A DNA stretch of 64,000 nucleotides. Origin: Dictyostelium discoideum. Its lineage: Eukaryota. Positions 28,291 through 46,265 of the stretch are shown here, piece by piece; position 1 is the stretch's first letter, and every line of letters starts with the position of its first letter. Location: contig CM000151.3 in the NCBI GenBank assembly GCA_000004695.1, positions 4,256,001 through 4,320,000 of the forward strand. The letters are read 5' to 3'. Under the pieces are notes generated by a model. The model searched no databases. It worked only from the letters and a program-made list of their open reading frames with translations, and had not been told where the DNA came from. Both the position numbers and the translations under genes were made by a program.

Positions 28291-29021
28291 TTTTTTTTCA
28301 AATTTTTTATTATAAAAAATAACAGTAATCCAAAGATTTTTAAGATTTTTATTTTTTTTTTTATTTTTTTTTTATTTTTTTTTTAATCAACTTAATTTTT
28401 GTGTTATATTAAACATAAACTAATAAATAAACAAATAAATAAATAAATAAATATTTCCATTTTTATTTTTATTTTTTTTTATTTTATTTTAATTTTTTTT
28501 TTTTTTATTTTTGAAAAAAAAAAAAAAAAATAAAAAAAAAAAAGCGGGTTTGAAGGTTCTATTTTTAGAATATCTAACTGAATTTGATTTATAATATTTG
28601 TTCAATTAAAATCATTACCAATTTACTCAAAAATAAAAAATAAAATAAAATAATTTAAATAAAAAAAATTTTTTTTTTTTTTTTTTTTAATTTTTTTAAG
28701 TCCAAAATGACCTAAAAATAGTTGAAAGTATTTTTAAATGGGAAAGTTTTTTAATAAAATAATAACAGATAAAAAAAAAAATAAAAAAATAATAATAAGA
28801 AGAAAAAAAAAAAAAAAAAAAAAAAAAAAATTAAATTTACATTGAAACTTAAAATATTATTGATTATTTCATTCTATTTTAGTAAAATAATTTGATATTC
28901 TCATAAATGATTTTAAAGGAGTTTATTTTTAATTTTTATTTTATTTTATTTTTTTTTTTTTTTTTCATTTTTTTTTTTTTTTTCATTTTTTTTTTTTTTT
29001 TTAAAATTTTTTTTTTTTTTA

Positions 29022-29054
<33 letters not shown>

Positions 29055-29181
29055 CAAACGCAACTTTGTACACATAAAATCACACGCTCAAAACCCATAT
29101 AAATTTTTTAATTTAAACCATAATTTTTAATAATTTTTTTTTTTTCTCTATTAATTAAATAATTTTAACAATACACACATA
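27888..29181. promoter_or_regulatory. Divergent promoter region between the kinesin gene (minus) and the G-gamma gene (plus)
   Basis: Gene starts face away from each other. Long poly(A)/poly(T) tracts. Confidence 0.3.
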
Positions 29182-29301
29182 ATGTCCGAATCACAATTAA
29201 AAAAAGTTTTAAAAGAAAATGAAACCTTAAAAGCTCAATTAGAAAAATCAACTACCATCTTAAAAGTTTCTGAAGCATGTGAAAGGTATTTAAACAAATA
29301 A

Positions 29302-29338
<37 letters not shown>

Positions 29339-29557
29339 ATAATTTAAAATCAAAATCAAAATCAAAATCAAAATACTAATCTAATATCTTTCTTTATTAT
29401 TATAAAAATTTTAAACCTTTTTATTTTTTTATTTTTTTATATTTAAAATAGTTTACAAGATTATTGTACCAAAACAAGTGATCCATTTATCCCAGGTTGG
29501 TCAGGTGAAAATGAATGGACTAAACCACTCAAAGGAAATGGATGTTCTGTGTTATAA
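29182..29557 (+). CDS. gpgA: Heterotrimeric G-protein gamma subunit (69 aa, CaaX box CSVL). Exons 29182..29285, 29452..29557
   Basis: MSESQLKKVLKENETLKAQLEKSTTILKVSEACES|LQDYCTKTSDPFIPGWSGENEWTKPLKGNGCSVL*. Coiled-coil N-terminus, DPF motif and prenylation CaaX are typical of G-gamma. GTATTT donor and ATAG acceptor, phase 2. Confidence 0.85.
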
Positions 29558-30230
29558 ATATTATCAACTTATACATTGTACATTATATAGAATTTAAACA
29601 AACAAATAAAGTAATAGTAATAATAATAAAACAAACAAATAAAAAAATAAAATAAAAAAAACAAAAAAAAAAAATAAAAAAAAAAAAAAAAAATAAAAAA
29701 GGTTAAAATTAATTAGCTCATATTAGTCTTAATCATGTGTTTTTTTTATTTATATGTTTTTTGAGAAAAAAATTAATTAGTTCATTTAAGTCTTATTCAT
29801 TTTTTTTTTTTTTTAGTACCAAAGTTCTGTTGAGAAAAAAAAAATAAAATTTGCTCGCAAACCACTTGATTACCGATAATTTTGTGTGGGCAAAAAAAAA
29901 AAAAAAAAAAAAAAAAAAATTAAAATTAAAAAAAAAAATTCAAATAATAATTTTTTTTTTTGGTCAAGATTTTTTTTTTTGATCAAGATTTTTTTTTTCT
30001 TTTTTATTTCATTTCCTTGGTTCAAGTTCAAGTATAATTTCCAGATCCAACAATTTCTTGATTACTTTCATTTCCATCAATATTATTTTCAGGTAAATTG
30101 AAAGTTTGTTCTTCTTCTTCCTCTTCTAAATGTTGTTCATTTTGGTTTTTGTTTTGGTTTTGGTGCTGGTGGTGAGATTTTCCAGAATTCATACTTTCTT
30201 TTTCATTCTTTAATTTGACTTTTAGGAACC

Positions 30231-30272
<42 letters not shown>

Positions 30273-30344
30273 AAAGAGAGAAAAGAAAAAAAAAAATTAT
30301 TAATATTGGAAATTAGTTTTTTTTTTTTTTTTTTTAAACAAAAT

Positions 30345-32952
<2,608 letters not shown>

Positions 32953-32962
32953 TTTGGAAAAG

Positions 32963-33007
<45 letters not shown>

Positions 33008-33426
33008 TTTTTTTTAAAACAGACACGATAAAAAAAAAAAAAAAATGGTATTTTTATATTGGATTTGTAATTTTATTATTATTTTATTCTTTAATATTTT
33101 TTTTATTTTATTATTATTATTATTAATATTATTTTTATATTATTATTTTTATTATTATTATTATTATTATTAAAAAAAAAAAAAATTATCTTTAATTATA
33201 AAAAAAAAAATTTTGTGTAATCCTTGGAAAATTTTTAAAAATAAATAATGAAAAAAATTATAAAAGGAATGAAAAAAAAAAAATTAAATGATATTTTTAA
33301 AAAAAAAAACAAAAAAAAACAAAACAAGAATATTTATAATTAATTAATTATAGAATGATTATTGGAAACTGATGATCATTTATATAACTACTTAATTAAA
33401 TAATTTTAATGTAAATAGAATAGAGG

Positions 33427-33460
<34 letters not shown>

Positions 33461-33979
33461 ATAAAATAATTTGTTTTTCAATCACATGGTTTCATTTTTT
33501 ATCATAACCAAACACATTTTTTTCAAATAATCTATTTTTTTTTTTTTTTTTTTTTTAGTTTTTTTTTTAAAAAATTTGGCTTTTTAAAATGGACTAGATA
33601 TATTATCACAAAAATAATAAAAAAAAAAAAAAAAAATATTTTTTTAATTGAAAAAATAAAAAAAATAAAAAAAATATATTTTTTTTTTTTTTGGTAAAAA
33701 CAAAACTAACCATTCTTATTTTTAGATATTTTTTTTTTTTTTTTTTTTTTTTTTCAAACCCTTAAAAAAAAAAAAAAAAAAAAAAAAAAGAAAAAAAAGT
33801 TAATTTAATATCCATTTCGATTTGTTAGAGAATTTTAATTGTTAAAAAATACAATGTTATCATTATTTTTTTTTTAAAATTTTTTTTTTTCTTTTATTTT
33901 TTTATTTTTTTTTTTTTTATTATTTATTATTAAAAGAATAATCTTTTTTTTTTTTTTTTTTTTTTAATTATTTTTTAAA

Positions 33980-35123
33980 TTATTTTTTAAATCTCTTTTG
34001 AGATTTATTATCTTTACCACCACTTGATCTCTTTTTTGAGTAATTTTCTCTTTCTTCAGCTTTAACAAATTGACGAGTTGCTTTATCAACATTTAAGACA
34101 TTCTCTTTCTTAAACATACGATCAATCAATTTTGAATTATTTTCAGATTCTTGAGCGACATCACCAGCACCAAGACCAGCCAATTTCTTTTTACCTCTTT
34201 TTGGAGCATCTTTTTCATTTTCGACTCTTTTATCGAATTTACCAAGTGAAGCAGTTGAAAGTTTTGCAACGTCAAATACCTTTTCCATATCGGATTTAAT
34301 TTGTCCACGATGTTCTTTATCGAATGATAAAGTTTTGCCAACATTTGACATTTGACGCATTGAAGCTTCATCGAAATTTCTTTGTTCTCTCTTCTTTTGT
34401 TTTGAAACTCTATCATTCTTTTCATCCTCTAATTTCTTGAATGGATCTTCACCAACTTTATCATCTGGACGTGCAAGCATTGCCCAATCATTTGCAACAT
34501 CATTTGCTTTCTTATATCCAAAGGTTGGACGATATTCTTCATGTTCTTTATCCCATTCCATTGATGATTTCTTCTTCTTTTTAATACCTTTAATTTCTGC
34601 AAATGCTTCCCATCTTGTTTTTGGTTTACTTGTTGGTAACTAAAAAAAATTAAAAAATAAAATTAAAAATAAAATTAAAATAAATATTATATTATATTCA
34701 ATCAATAAATCAATAAAGAATTGAAACACATACTGATCTCTCTCTTGGAATTGGTGTTGTACATCTTGGTAATAATGCTAATGAACCTTCTTCAATCTCT
34801 TTAATTGGTAATTGAAATAATCTTGAAATTAAAAGTTGTACATTATCTCTTGATAATTTATTAATATATTCATTTGGATTTGATCTAAAATTAAAAGTTA
34901 AAAATTAAAAATTAATAAATTTATTTTTTTTTTGTGGGAGAGAGAGAGGGGAGAAGGGGGAGAGAGGGGTTGTAACATACTTGTATTCAGTTTTATTTAA
35001 TGAGGAATGATCAAAGGCTGTTAAATTTCCAAGATCATATAATAAAGTATCTTCACCATCAATTAAATGTCCATCTAATTTCTTTGTTAAAATATCACTT
35101 GCATTTACGATTTCTTCTGTCAT
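33980..35123 (-). CDS. rrs1: Ribosome biogenesis regulatory protein Rrs1 homologue. Exons 35123..34981, 34884..34734, 34639..33980
   Basis: [14 protein letters not shown]; [13 protein letters not shown]|[23 protein letters not shown]; [13 protein letters not shown]; and a basic C-terminus are all Rrs1 family features. Two GTATGT donors with AG acceptors; phases checked (2 and 0). Confidence 0.8.
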
Positions 35124-35998
35124 TTTTTTTTTTTTTCTATATTTAAATATATCTATATACAAATTATTTGATTTGGTATTATATGTACACAAAAAAAAAT
35201 AAAAATAAAAAAATAAAAAAATAATATAAAAAAAAAAAAAAAAATAAAAACGACAAAAGTTTCGTTTTTTTAATTTTTTTCAAAATTTTTTTTTTTTTTT
35301 TAATTTTATTTTTATTTTATTTTTATTATTTTTTTTTTTTTATTTTTTTTTTTGGGAATCTAATTATAATTATTTCACAATGTGATTAATTACTATTTTT
35401 AATTTAGAATTTGTTATCAAATATGATAATCATGATAATAATAATAAAAATAATAATAAAATAATAACATTTTTTTTTCCATTAATGGAAATATCAATTT
35501 TAATTTCTAAAATGGTCAATAAATTATATTTAATTATTTTTAAAATCTTATTACAAAATGAAAACTATAAAAATAAAATAAAAAAATTAAAAAAGAAAAA
35601 CAATTAAAATTTTCTTTTTTTTTTTTTTTTATTTTTTTTTTTTTTTTACTTTTATGTTTCTTATTACTTTATCTAAGGGTGCAAAAATTTCCCCATTAAA
35701 GTGGTGAAAAGTAGTTTTGTGCGGCACTGGTGGGTTTATATCCTCCTTTTTTTTTTACTTTTATTTTTTTATTTTCCATTTGGCTCCCCTTATTTCATCA
35801 AATTTATTTAAAAAAAAAAAACAATGGTATTGAATTGAATGGTCCATTTTTTATTTTTTTAATTTTTTTAATTTTTTTTAATTTTTTTTTTTTTTTTTTA
35901 TTACACTGAACTGATATTTAAGGAAATGAAGAAATCATTATTAGTTTAAAAATAATTTTATAAACTAAATAAGTAAAAAAAAAAAATGAATTTGTTTA

Positions 35999-36034
<36 letters not shown>

Positions 36035-36501
36035 CAATGATAATCTCGATGGGGTTTGCCAACATATTAAAAAAAATCTTTTTTTTTTTAATTTTTTTTT
36101 TTTAATTTTTTTTTTAATAATTTTTTTTTTAAAAAAATTGATTTTTTTTAAAAATTTTTTTTTTTTTTTTTAAATTTATTACATTATAATTTTTTAATTG
36201 TACAAATAAAATTTGTATTATTTATTTTATTTATTATTTTTTTTTTTAATCTAAATGATTTTTTAGATTATTTTAAACTCATTTATTATTATTATTATTA
36301 TAGAAAATCTTTTTTTTTTTTTTTTTTTTAAAAAAAAATAATAATAAATAAAAAAAAAAAAAAAAATCAAAATAAAAAAAAACAACATCACACAAAAAAA
36401 AAAATCAAAAAAAAAACCATCAATCTTGTACTATTATTAAAACAACAACAACAACAAATCAAAAAAAAAAAAAAATCAAAAAAAAAATCAAATAAAATAA
36501 A
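35124..36501. promoter_or_regulatory. Divergent promoter region between rrs1 (minus) and napA (plus). Contains an unusually GC-richer island near 35680..35760
   Basis: Gene starts face away from each other. ctaagggtgcaaaaatttccccattaaagtggtgaaaagtagttttgtgcggcactggtgggttt stands out against about 85% AT flanks. Confidence 0.3.
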
Positions 36502-37400
36502 ATGGCACATACAAATTTACCAGAAAAATTTCAAGTTGTAATTGAAAATGGTGAAAATATATTACAAAGAGTTTATAATACTTATAAATTATTTCAAAAT
36601 AATAAAGTGAAGCCATCATTTTTCAATGATGAAAAGATCTCAAAGATTTTAAAGAATTTGATAGCAAAGTATCCAGAATTACCAGAGAACAATGATAAAT
36701 CAATAACAGGATTCGATTTGTTGACATCACGTGCAAAACAACATTTAGAGGAGTTGGAGGATCATTATTACACAATCACCGATGCATACGATTGGAAAGA
36801 GGCATCATTCATTTTGATGCAAGAGATCTCCTCCAACACAGTGTCGATCAATTTCAACAACAACATTCAATTGTGCAGTAAATTTTTAGATGTACTCGTC
36901 CTATATGGTAAGATCAACTATTTGGTTTCATTGATCCCCGACAAAAAGATCATCACAGCCGTTTACGCCAAACTGTTCCTTTACACTCGTAGTGCATCAG
37001 AACCCACCTTTTCCAAGATGGGTCGTTGGATCAACGATATCGAACAACCCTTCAAAAAGATTCAAGAGGAGTTTCGTGTACTCAATGATGCTGTAGGTCA
37101 TGCACTCTCATCCTTTGAATTAACTTATGCCAAACGTCGTGTTATCACTCAACTTCGTAAAGATGGTGCCCTCAATCTCATCCTTAAACCTGAAGATATC
37201 GCTCGTCCAGTTCAAGATTCTTATCGTATTGAATTAGCTTACGCTGGTCGTATTCAACAATGGATCTTATTTGGTTATCTATTTGCTCCAGGTACATTAA
37301 GTACACCACAATCAATTGAATTACTTAGATTCACTTTATCTGAATGTTTTTATTTATCAGTTTTTAAAGATATTGTAAGTTTGTTTATTTATTTTTAATA

Positions 37401-37443
<43 letters not shown>

Positions 37444-40245
37444 TATCTAATAATTTAATTTTTTTTTTTTTTTATTTTTTTTTTATTTTTTTTTTTACAG
37501 TCAATTTCAATTCATAATGAATTTAATACATTATTTAAAAATTATAAGAGTAAAACTATAAATTTACAAAAACAAAAAAAGATTATTAAAGATGCAGCAC
37601 AAGCATCAACTCAAGAAGCACCACGTAAACATGCAGAGAGAAGAGTTTATATTAGACAAGAATTGGAAGCAATGTGGAATTTGTTTAGAGATAAACCATG
37701 TTTATTGGCACCAAAGATTAATGTACTTTTAGCTGCTCTCTCCATGGCAAAGGAAGAGATTTTCTGGTATTTCCGTCATACTGATGTTATTCCACCAGAA
37801 AAAGTAAAGAAATTCTATAACAAACAAAATGAAGTTAGAGAAAAAAGAATTTCTTCTTTACTTTCATTAGTTGATCATTTAGTTCAATTAGTTCATACTC
37901 ATAAAAAAAGTAAGTTTTTTTTAAAAAAAAAAAAAAAAAAAAAATAGATAATATTATATTAAAAAAAAAAAAAAAAAAAAATTACTAATTTTTAAATTTT
38001 TTTTTTTAATTTTTTTTTTTTTTTTTAATTTTAATTTTAAAAAGTGATTCAAAATTATTATTTAGAATATATTTCAGGTGCAGATATTTTAGGTTTACAA
38101 AAAGTAATTACACCACAATTATTACAAAATGCAGGATCAATTGTTACACAAGCAGTTAATACAATTGTTAACGAATTGAAATCATTGAATGCCAATGGAC
38201 AAGATTATAGTTTTGAAGGATTTAGAGCAAATTGGATGAGATTAGGTTATTTATTACAATCAAATTCATGTCCATTGAAAGAGAGTGAATCAAAACAAAT
38301 CACCAGTCGTTTGAATTTAATTTATACACATAGTAAGAATGTTGATTGTTTGGATCAATTATTGGATGAATATGGCAATATGACTCAGTTGTGGTCATAC
38401 AAAGAACCATTGTTCCATTCATTCGATGCTGCCATTGTTGATATGACATGTGACCAACCATCACATTCAATGATCTATTTGAAATTGTTATCGCAATTCC
38501 CTAATCACGTCGCCAATCAATTCTATCCTGAAGAGAAGGAACTCATCGGTAAGGAGTGTGTAGAGTTGGCAAATAGTTGTCTCACCAAGATCACCAATCG
38601 TATCGTATCGATCATGGCAAACACTATCGCCTCTACTTTCCTCTCTGATGAGCAACAATTGGCCGATGTCAATGCAGCTTTCCCATTGTTGCAAAAGAAG
38701 AAGGATTGGAAACCACCAAAGGATTTCGTACCACCAATCGAACCTGCTAGTGAGTCACAATTTAGAAATAGAGCTAATCTCGAGCAACTTCGTTCCGAAG
38801 AGAAGAATGCATTCCAACTTTGCACTGCCTTGAATGAATTCTTGGACATTACAATCTATGATCACATTTTCGTACCAAGGGAATTCCTTCGTGAGAAATT
38901 GGGTTCTGCACTCAAGCAATATATGCGTCAATCAATTCAACCACCCGCTCCAACCTCTTCCTCCTCCCAAATCGATATCAATATCACTCGTCTCTCAACT
39001 TATGAATCTCAATTACGTGTTTTCATTGGTGTGTTGATTTTGGTAGAGAATCATGTTGACATTGATATCGGTGATCTCATTCGTGAGACTATCCTCACCG
39101 AATTTTACGCCAAGGCTTTGGGTAAGAGTGGTCGTGTCGATTGGTTCCCAGAGGGTGAAATTGAAATGAATGAATTAACGCTCCACTCCATCACAAGCTA
39201 CTATGTCGATTTGGTCTCTAAAAAACTCAATACTCCTGGTGTGGTTTTCTCTCCAGTTAAATTGGGTTTCATCTCAAAGGCTGGTACACCATTCCGTGCC
39301 GAGGAACATGCTGACCTCACTGAAATGAGAGCACTTTGTGATTTGGTTGGTCCATATGGTATCAAGGTCATCGAGAGGGAAATCCTTCGTTTCATTCTTA
39401 CCACTACCACCTCAATGAAAGAGATCCTCTCACTCAATGCTGCAAATCTTGAAGAGTTTGCATCAAATTATTACAAACCAAAAGCAATGGAACTTTTAAA
39501 GAAATTCAAAACTACAGATTTAGATCTCATTGTAACCAAATCCATCGCCATTGGTAATGCCCTTCATTTGAGATCAATGATTAGAGAATCCATGAAAGAC
39601 GTTATCACTGATAACTTCCCATATATTAATAATGCCGTTGCCAATGCTTTCGATCAATATAATCGTAACACATTTATGTTTCCAGACTTTTTAGGTGTTG
39701 ATACTTTGGCTTTGGATTCGGGTTTGAACGTTGGTATTGCCGATCAATACCTTAAAGTTATCCTTAGAAAGGTCTCCTCAGAGGCTGATAAAAGAATTTG
39801 GGAGTTATTACCTGTGATGTTCTCTCTCACATTCTATGGTAACATTTGGAAGGAAACTCAATACAAAGCTACCATCGACGCTCATTCAAATAATGTACAT
39901 GTATTATCAAAAACTATCATCGATTTACTCATAGCATTTGGTGCCATCAATTCAACCACTGGTAATGAGGCAGAGTTATTCCAATCATTTAAACGTTTCC
40001 TCGAAATTTCCTCTGTCAATATCTTACGTATGTTTAAGGGTAAACAAGGTGAAAAATTCGTTCCAAATGAAATTCAATCAGTTATCATCTTTTTAGATAA
40101 ATTCACTCAACAATGTCCATTATTATCAAAAGATTCACTCGAACAATACATTCCTTATTCACTCATCAGAAATATGTATAAAGATTTATATGAACATAAA
40201 AATCTTCAAAAACAACAATCTGAAACTTCTGAACAAAATTTCTAA
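36502..40245 (+). CDS. napA: Nck-associated protein 1 / Hem-2 / Nap1 subunit of the SCAR/WAVE complex. Exons 36502..37374, 37501..37909, 38045..40245
   Basis: Collinear similarity to NCKAP1 over the full length (e.g. RIQQWILFGYLFAPGTL vs WIIFGFILCHGIL). GTAAGT donors at 37375 and 37910 with TTTTACAG and AAAAG acceptors. About 1160 aa, matching the family size. Confidence 0.9.
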
Positions 40246-40878
40246 ATTAAAATAATAAAAAAAAATAATAATCATATAATTTAAAATATAAGAGTAATAA
40301 TAGTAAATATTTAAAAAAAAAAAAAAAAAAAAAAAATAAAAAAAAAAAATTAATCTAATATAATTTAAAAAAAAAAAAAAAAAAAAAAACCTTTTATCAT
40401 TATCTTTGGATACCTCATTAAACAAAAAAATTAACTCTTTCATTACTTTCATCATTAAAAAAAAAAAATTTCTTAATATGGTTTTAAAATGGATCTAAAA
40501 ATAAACTTAAAATCTATTTTTATTTTTTATTTTTTTATTTTTTTTTTTTTATTTTTTTTTTTTTTATTTTTTTTTTTTTTTTAATTTCTTTTTCTTTTTA
40601 TTTTAATTTTATTCAAATTAAAATAAAAAAATCAAAATAATAAAACATTTTATTAATTAATATAATAATAGATATTATTTTTTTTATATTCTTTTCATTT
40701 CATTTCATTTTATTAACAAATATTTTAAAAGCGTTGAAAAATGAAATTGTTTTTTTTTTTCTTATTCACAAACAACTAAATTCTATTAAGAAAATTTTAA
40801 AATAATCTATAAAAACAAATAAAATAAAAAAATAAATAAATAAATAATTATAATAAAGCCCAGTTATTATAAAGCTTG

Positions 40879-40910
<32 letters not shown>

Positions 40911-41069
40911 ATTTGCAATTACAGATTCAAATATTAGTAATTTTAAATAAAAAAAAAAAAAAAAAATTTTTAAAATTAAATAATAATAATAATAATTATA
41001 TAAAATATTATCCATATAAATTTATCATTATATTATAATAAATATTAAATTATAAAAAAAAATAAAAAA

Positions 41070-42246
41070 ATGGAAAAAGATTCTAAAGTTATAGAAAAAG
41101 AGGGAAATAAAGGTTTTACAAAATCAATAATTAGTACTGTAAAAAATATTAAACTTGGTTATGGTATGGACATTTATCAAATGTCGACACCTGCATCATT
41201 AATTGCACCATATTCTTCACTTACATATATTAGTGATAGTTTTTCAAAGAATTTTGAAATTTTAATAAAGTATTATTTAATTTTTAATTTTTAATAATCA
41301 TTAAAAAAAAAAAGTAATAATAATAATATTTATTAATTTTAAAATCTATTATATTAGAGCAAATTCAATTGAAAATGATTTAGATAGATTATTAGAAATA
41401 TTTAAATATATAACAACAATATTTATTATTAATAATAATGCATGTGGTAAACCAATTGTACCAATTGTTGGTGAAACACAAAGATTTAAATTCTCAAATA
41501 AAGATGAAGATGGTAATGAGTTTAATGATAGTTTTCATTGTGCAGAACATGTTCAAAATAGTCCATTTCCATTATCAGTTTCATCAACAGTTAATGAAAA
41601 AGAAGGAATTGAATTATGTTATAACTATGCTGCCAAAATTTTATTCATGGCTACTTACTTTAGAATTAATATAGATGAAGCTGAAACTTTTATTAAATTT
41701 AATAAATTTAATGAAACTTATAATATAATTTTACCAACATTATATACAAGAATTTTTAGAGGTTTTTCAGAATACTCTGGTAAATTGAAAATTGAACCTA
41801 CCAAATCAAATTATTACATAGATGCTAATTTTCAAAGTAAGCCATTAATCGGTGGCAAATATAACTATTTCGAAGCATATGTTTCCAAGAAAGATACTGA
41901 TGAAAAAATTTATAAAATTTTTGGTCAATGGGATAAGGAACAACAAATATTAGATTTTGAAAATTATCAAACTGATTTCTTTTTTAAAAGACCTCAACAG
42001 TTTTATGAAAAACAATTACCAAATGAAATTTTACCAACTGATTCATCAGTGGTTTGGAAAGGTTTAATTGATGCTCATAATTGTGGTAATAATAAATTAA
42101 AATTAAAAGAAAAAACAAAAGTTGACGAAGATCAAAAATTAATTGAAAATCAAAGAAAAAAAGAAAACATTAATTTTAAACCAAAATTTTTTATTAAAAA
42201 TAAAGAAACTGATAAATGGGAATTAGATAAATTTAATAAATATTAA
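41070..42246 (+). CDS. Oxysterol-binding protein (OSBP/ORP, ORD-only short form) with a divergent fingerprint. Exons 41070..41269, 41358..42246
   Basis: DIYQMSTPASLIAPYSSLTYISDSF matches the OSBP lid region. CGKPIVPIVGETQRF matches KPFNPLLGETYE. CAEHVQNSPFP sits where the EQVSHHPP fingerprint belongs. KPLIGGKYNYFEAYV is found near the C-terminus. The exon 1 donor GTATTA is weak. Confidence 0.55.
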
Positions 42247-42826
42247 TTAATTAATAATACTTTTTATTTATTATTATTTTTTTTATTTTTTTTTTTTAAA
42301 ACAAAATATAAAAAAAAAAAAAAAAAATTTTAAAAAAAAAGATTCAATTAAAAAAGAAAATTAAAAAAAAATAAAAAATAAAAAAATCATTACCGTGGCA
42401 AACCTTTTGCTTAAATAAAAAAAAAAAAAAAAAAAAGTAATGGTAAACGTGGTAAAAATATATTTTAAAAATTTTTTACATTTCGGGTCTGGGGCACAAA
42501 AATAAAAAAATTTCGTTATATGGTTTGAAAACCTTTTTTTTTTTTATCATTTTGTTTTCATTTTTTTATTTTTTTTTTAAGGAACCTAAATATAATTTTG
42601 TCCAACCCATAAGAATTTCTGAAATGATTATTATTACCTGTACTAGTGTACAAAAAAAAAAAAAAAAAAAAAAAAGAAAAAATCATTAATAAATGTTTAA
42701 TAGTTTTTACAATATAGATTTTTTTTTTATTTTTTTTTTTATTTTTTTTTTTTTTTTGTACATTAATATTTATTTAAAATAAAAATTGTTTATTTTAAAT
42801 ATAAATTATTTAATTCCATTATCAAA

Positions 42827-44600
<1,774 letters not shown>

Positions 44601-45385
44601 AATCAATTGTATGTAAAAATAAATAAAATAATAATAAAATAATAATTAAGTATAAAATAATAATCAAAATTTTGGTAAATAAAAATTAAAAAAAAAAAAA
44701 AAATTTTAAAATAAATAATTTCAAATCATAAAAATAATCAATTAATAACTATATTTTGTTTCCCAGTCCTTATTTTTCAAGAAAACAAAAAAAATAAAAA
44801 AAAAAGTTTTTGTAAATTTCTTCCAAAGATATTTTTTTTTTATTTTTTTTTTTAGTATTTTCATTATGATAATGAAGAGTTTTGCTACGCAAACATGCAC
44901 GATTCTAAGAATTAAAAAAAAAAAAAACACGAAAAATCTAAAAAAAAAAACAAAAATGTTAAAAAATCTAAAAAAAGAAATTTTGATGGGATGGTTTGTT
45001 TGTTCTTACCAATGGGTAATTTGATTTTTATTTATTTATTTATTTATTTATTTTTTTATTTAATTGAAAAAAAAAAATCAAAAAGAAATTGGTAAATTTT
45101 GGGCAATTCCCAAATTTTTAATCATTCTCTTTTGTTAAACCACATTCAAATTTCAGACCACTTTTTTTTATTTAATTTATTTTTATTTATTTATTTATTT
45201 ATTTTTTTTATTTGTTTATATATCATACTGTTGTTAACATTAATCAATTTGGAATTTATGTTCTCTTTAAATTTTTTTTTTTTTTTTTTTTTTTTTGATA
45301 TAAAATTTGTGAATATATAATTAGTCCCAAGTTAAAAAATTAAAAAAATAAAACCAAATCAATAGAAAACAAAATTTTAAAAGTG

Positions 45386-45679
45386 ATGAGATTACAATTT
45401 TTCAAGATTTTAATTTTAATATTTGTGTCATCAATTGTGGTTTTATCATCATTTTTTTTAATTTCTTTAGACGATACTACATTTAAAAATAAAAATGATA
45501 ATATAATACCCATTAAACCAACTACACCTCCGGTCACTATCTCAACAAAAAGCAGTGATTTATTTACTCCTAAAAATAAAGTGGTTGTTTTAGAAAGGGA
45601 AATTATTAAAGAAGTAATAAAAGAAGTGTGTAATAATAATAAAATTGAATTAGTACCAAACTCCAGTGAACAATTAACA

Positions 45680-45722
<43 letters not shown>

Positions 45723-46211
45723 GTTTAAATATTAATAGTAATAAAAATTTAAACAATATTAGTAATAATAATAATAATAATTATTTAAATAGTAATAATA
45801 GTATTAATAGTAACAGCAATAGTAAAAGCAATAGTAATAGTAATAGTAACAATAATAATTATAATAATGATAATACCAATAATTATAATAATTTGAATGT
45901 AGAAGATAAATTGTATGGATTTAAAGATAAACAATCAATGATTAGTTATTTCCTTTCATATCAATATTATTATTATTTAGAAGAAAATAATTATCAACAT
46001 ATAAATAAAACTAATTATGATTTATCAAAATACCAATTCCCAAAATTAGTAAAAATACAAAGTGATTTCAGACCAACAATAGATGAAACAAAAAAAAATA
46101 TTGAAAAACTTAGGGAAGAATATTATATATCACAAATAAAACAAAATTTATCTGTTGTTGAAAATAATAAAATTATTAATAATAATAATACTAATAATAA
46201 TAATAGTAGTA

Positions 46212-46265
<54 letters not shown>

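Noticed and set aside
29886-30101. Plus-strand ORF 29886..30101 ([10 protein letters not shown]...)
   Set aside because: Begins in a poly(A) tract and encodes poly-Lys/Phe low complexity. The opposite strand has the more plausible short ORF.
44742-44930. Minus-strand ORF 44742..44930 and the similar short AT-rich ORFs 45099..45320, 47519..47758, 10861..11211, 22364..22582, 17477..17710
   Set aside because: Poly-Phe/Ile/Lys translations of A/T homopolymer-rich intergenic DNA with no coding signal.
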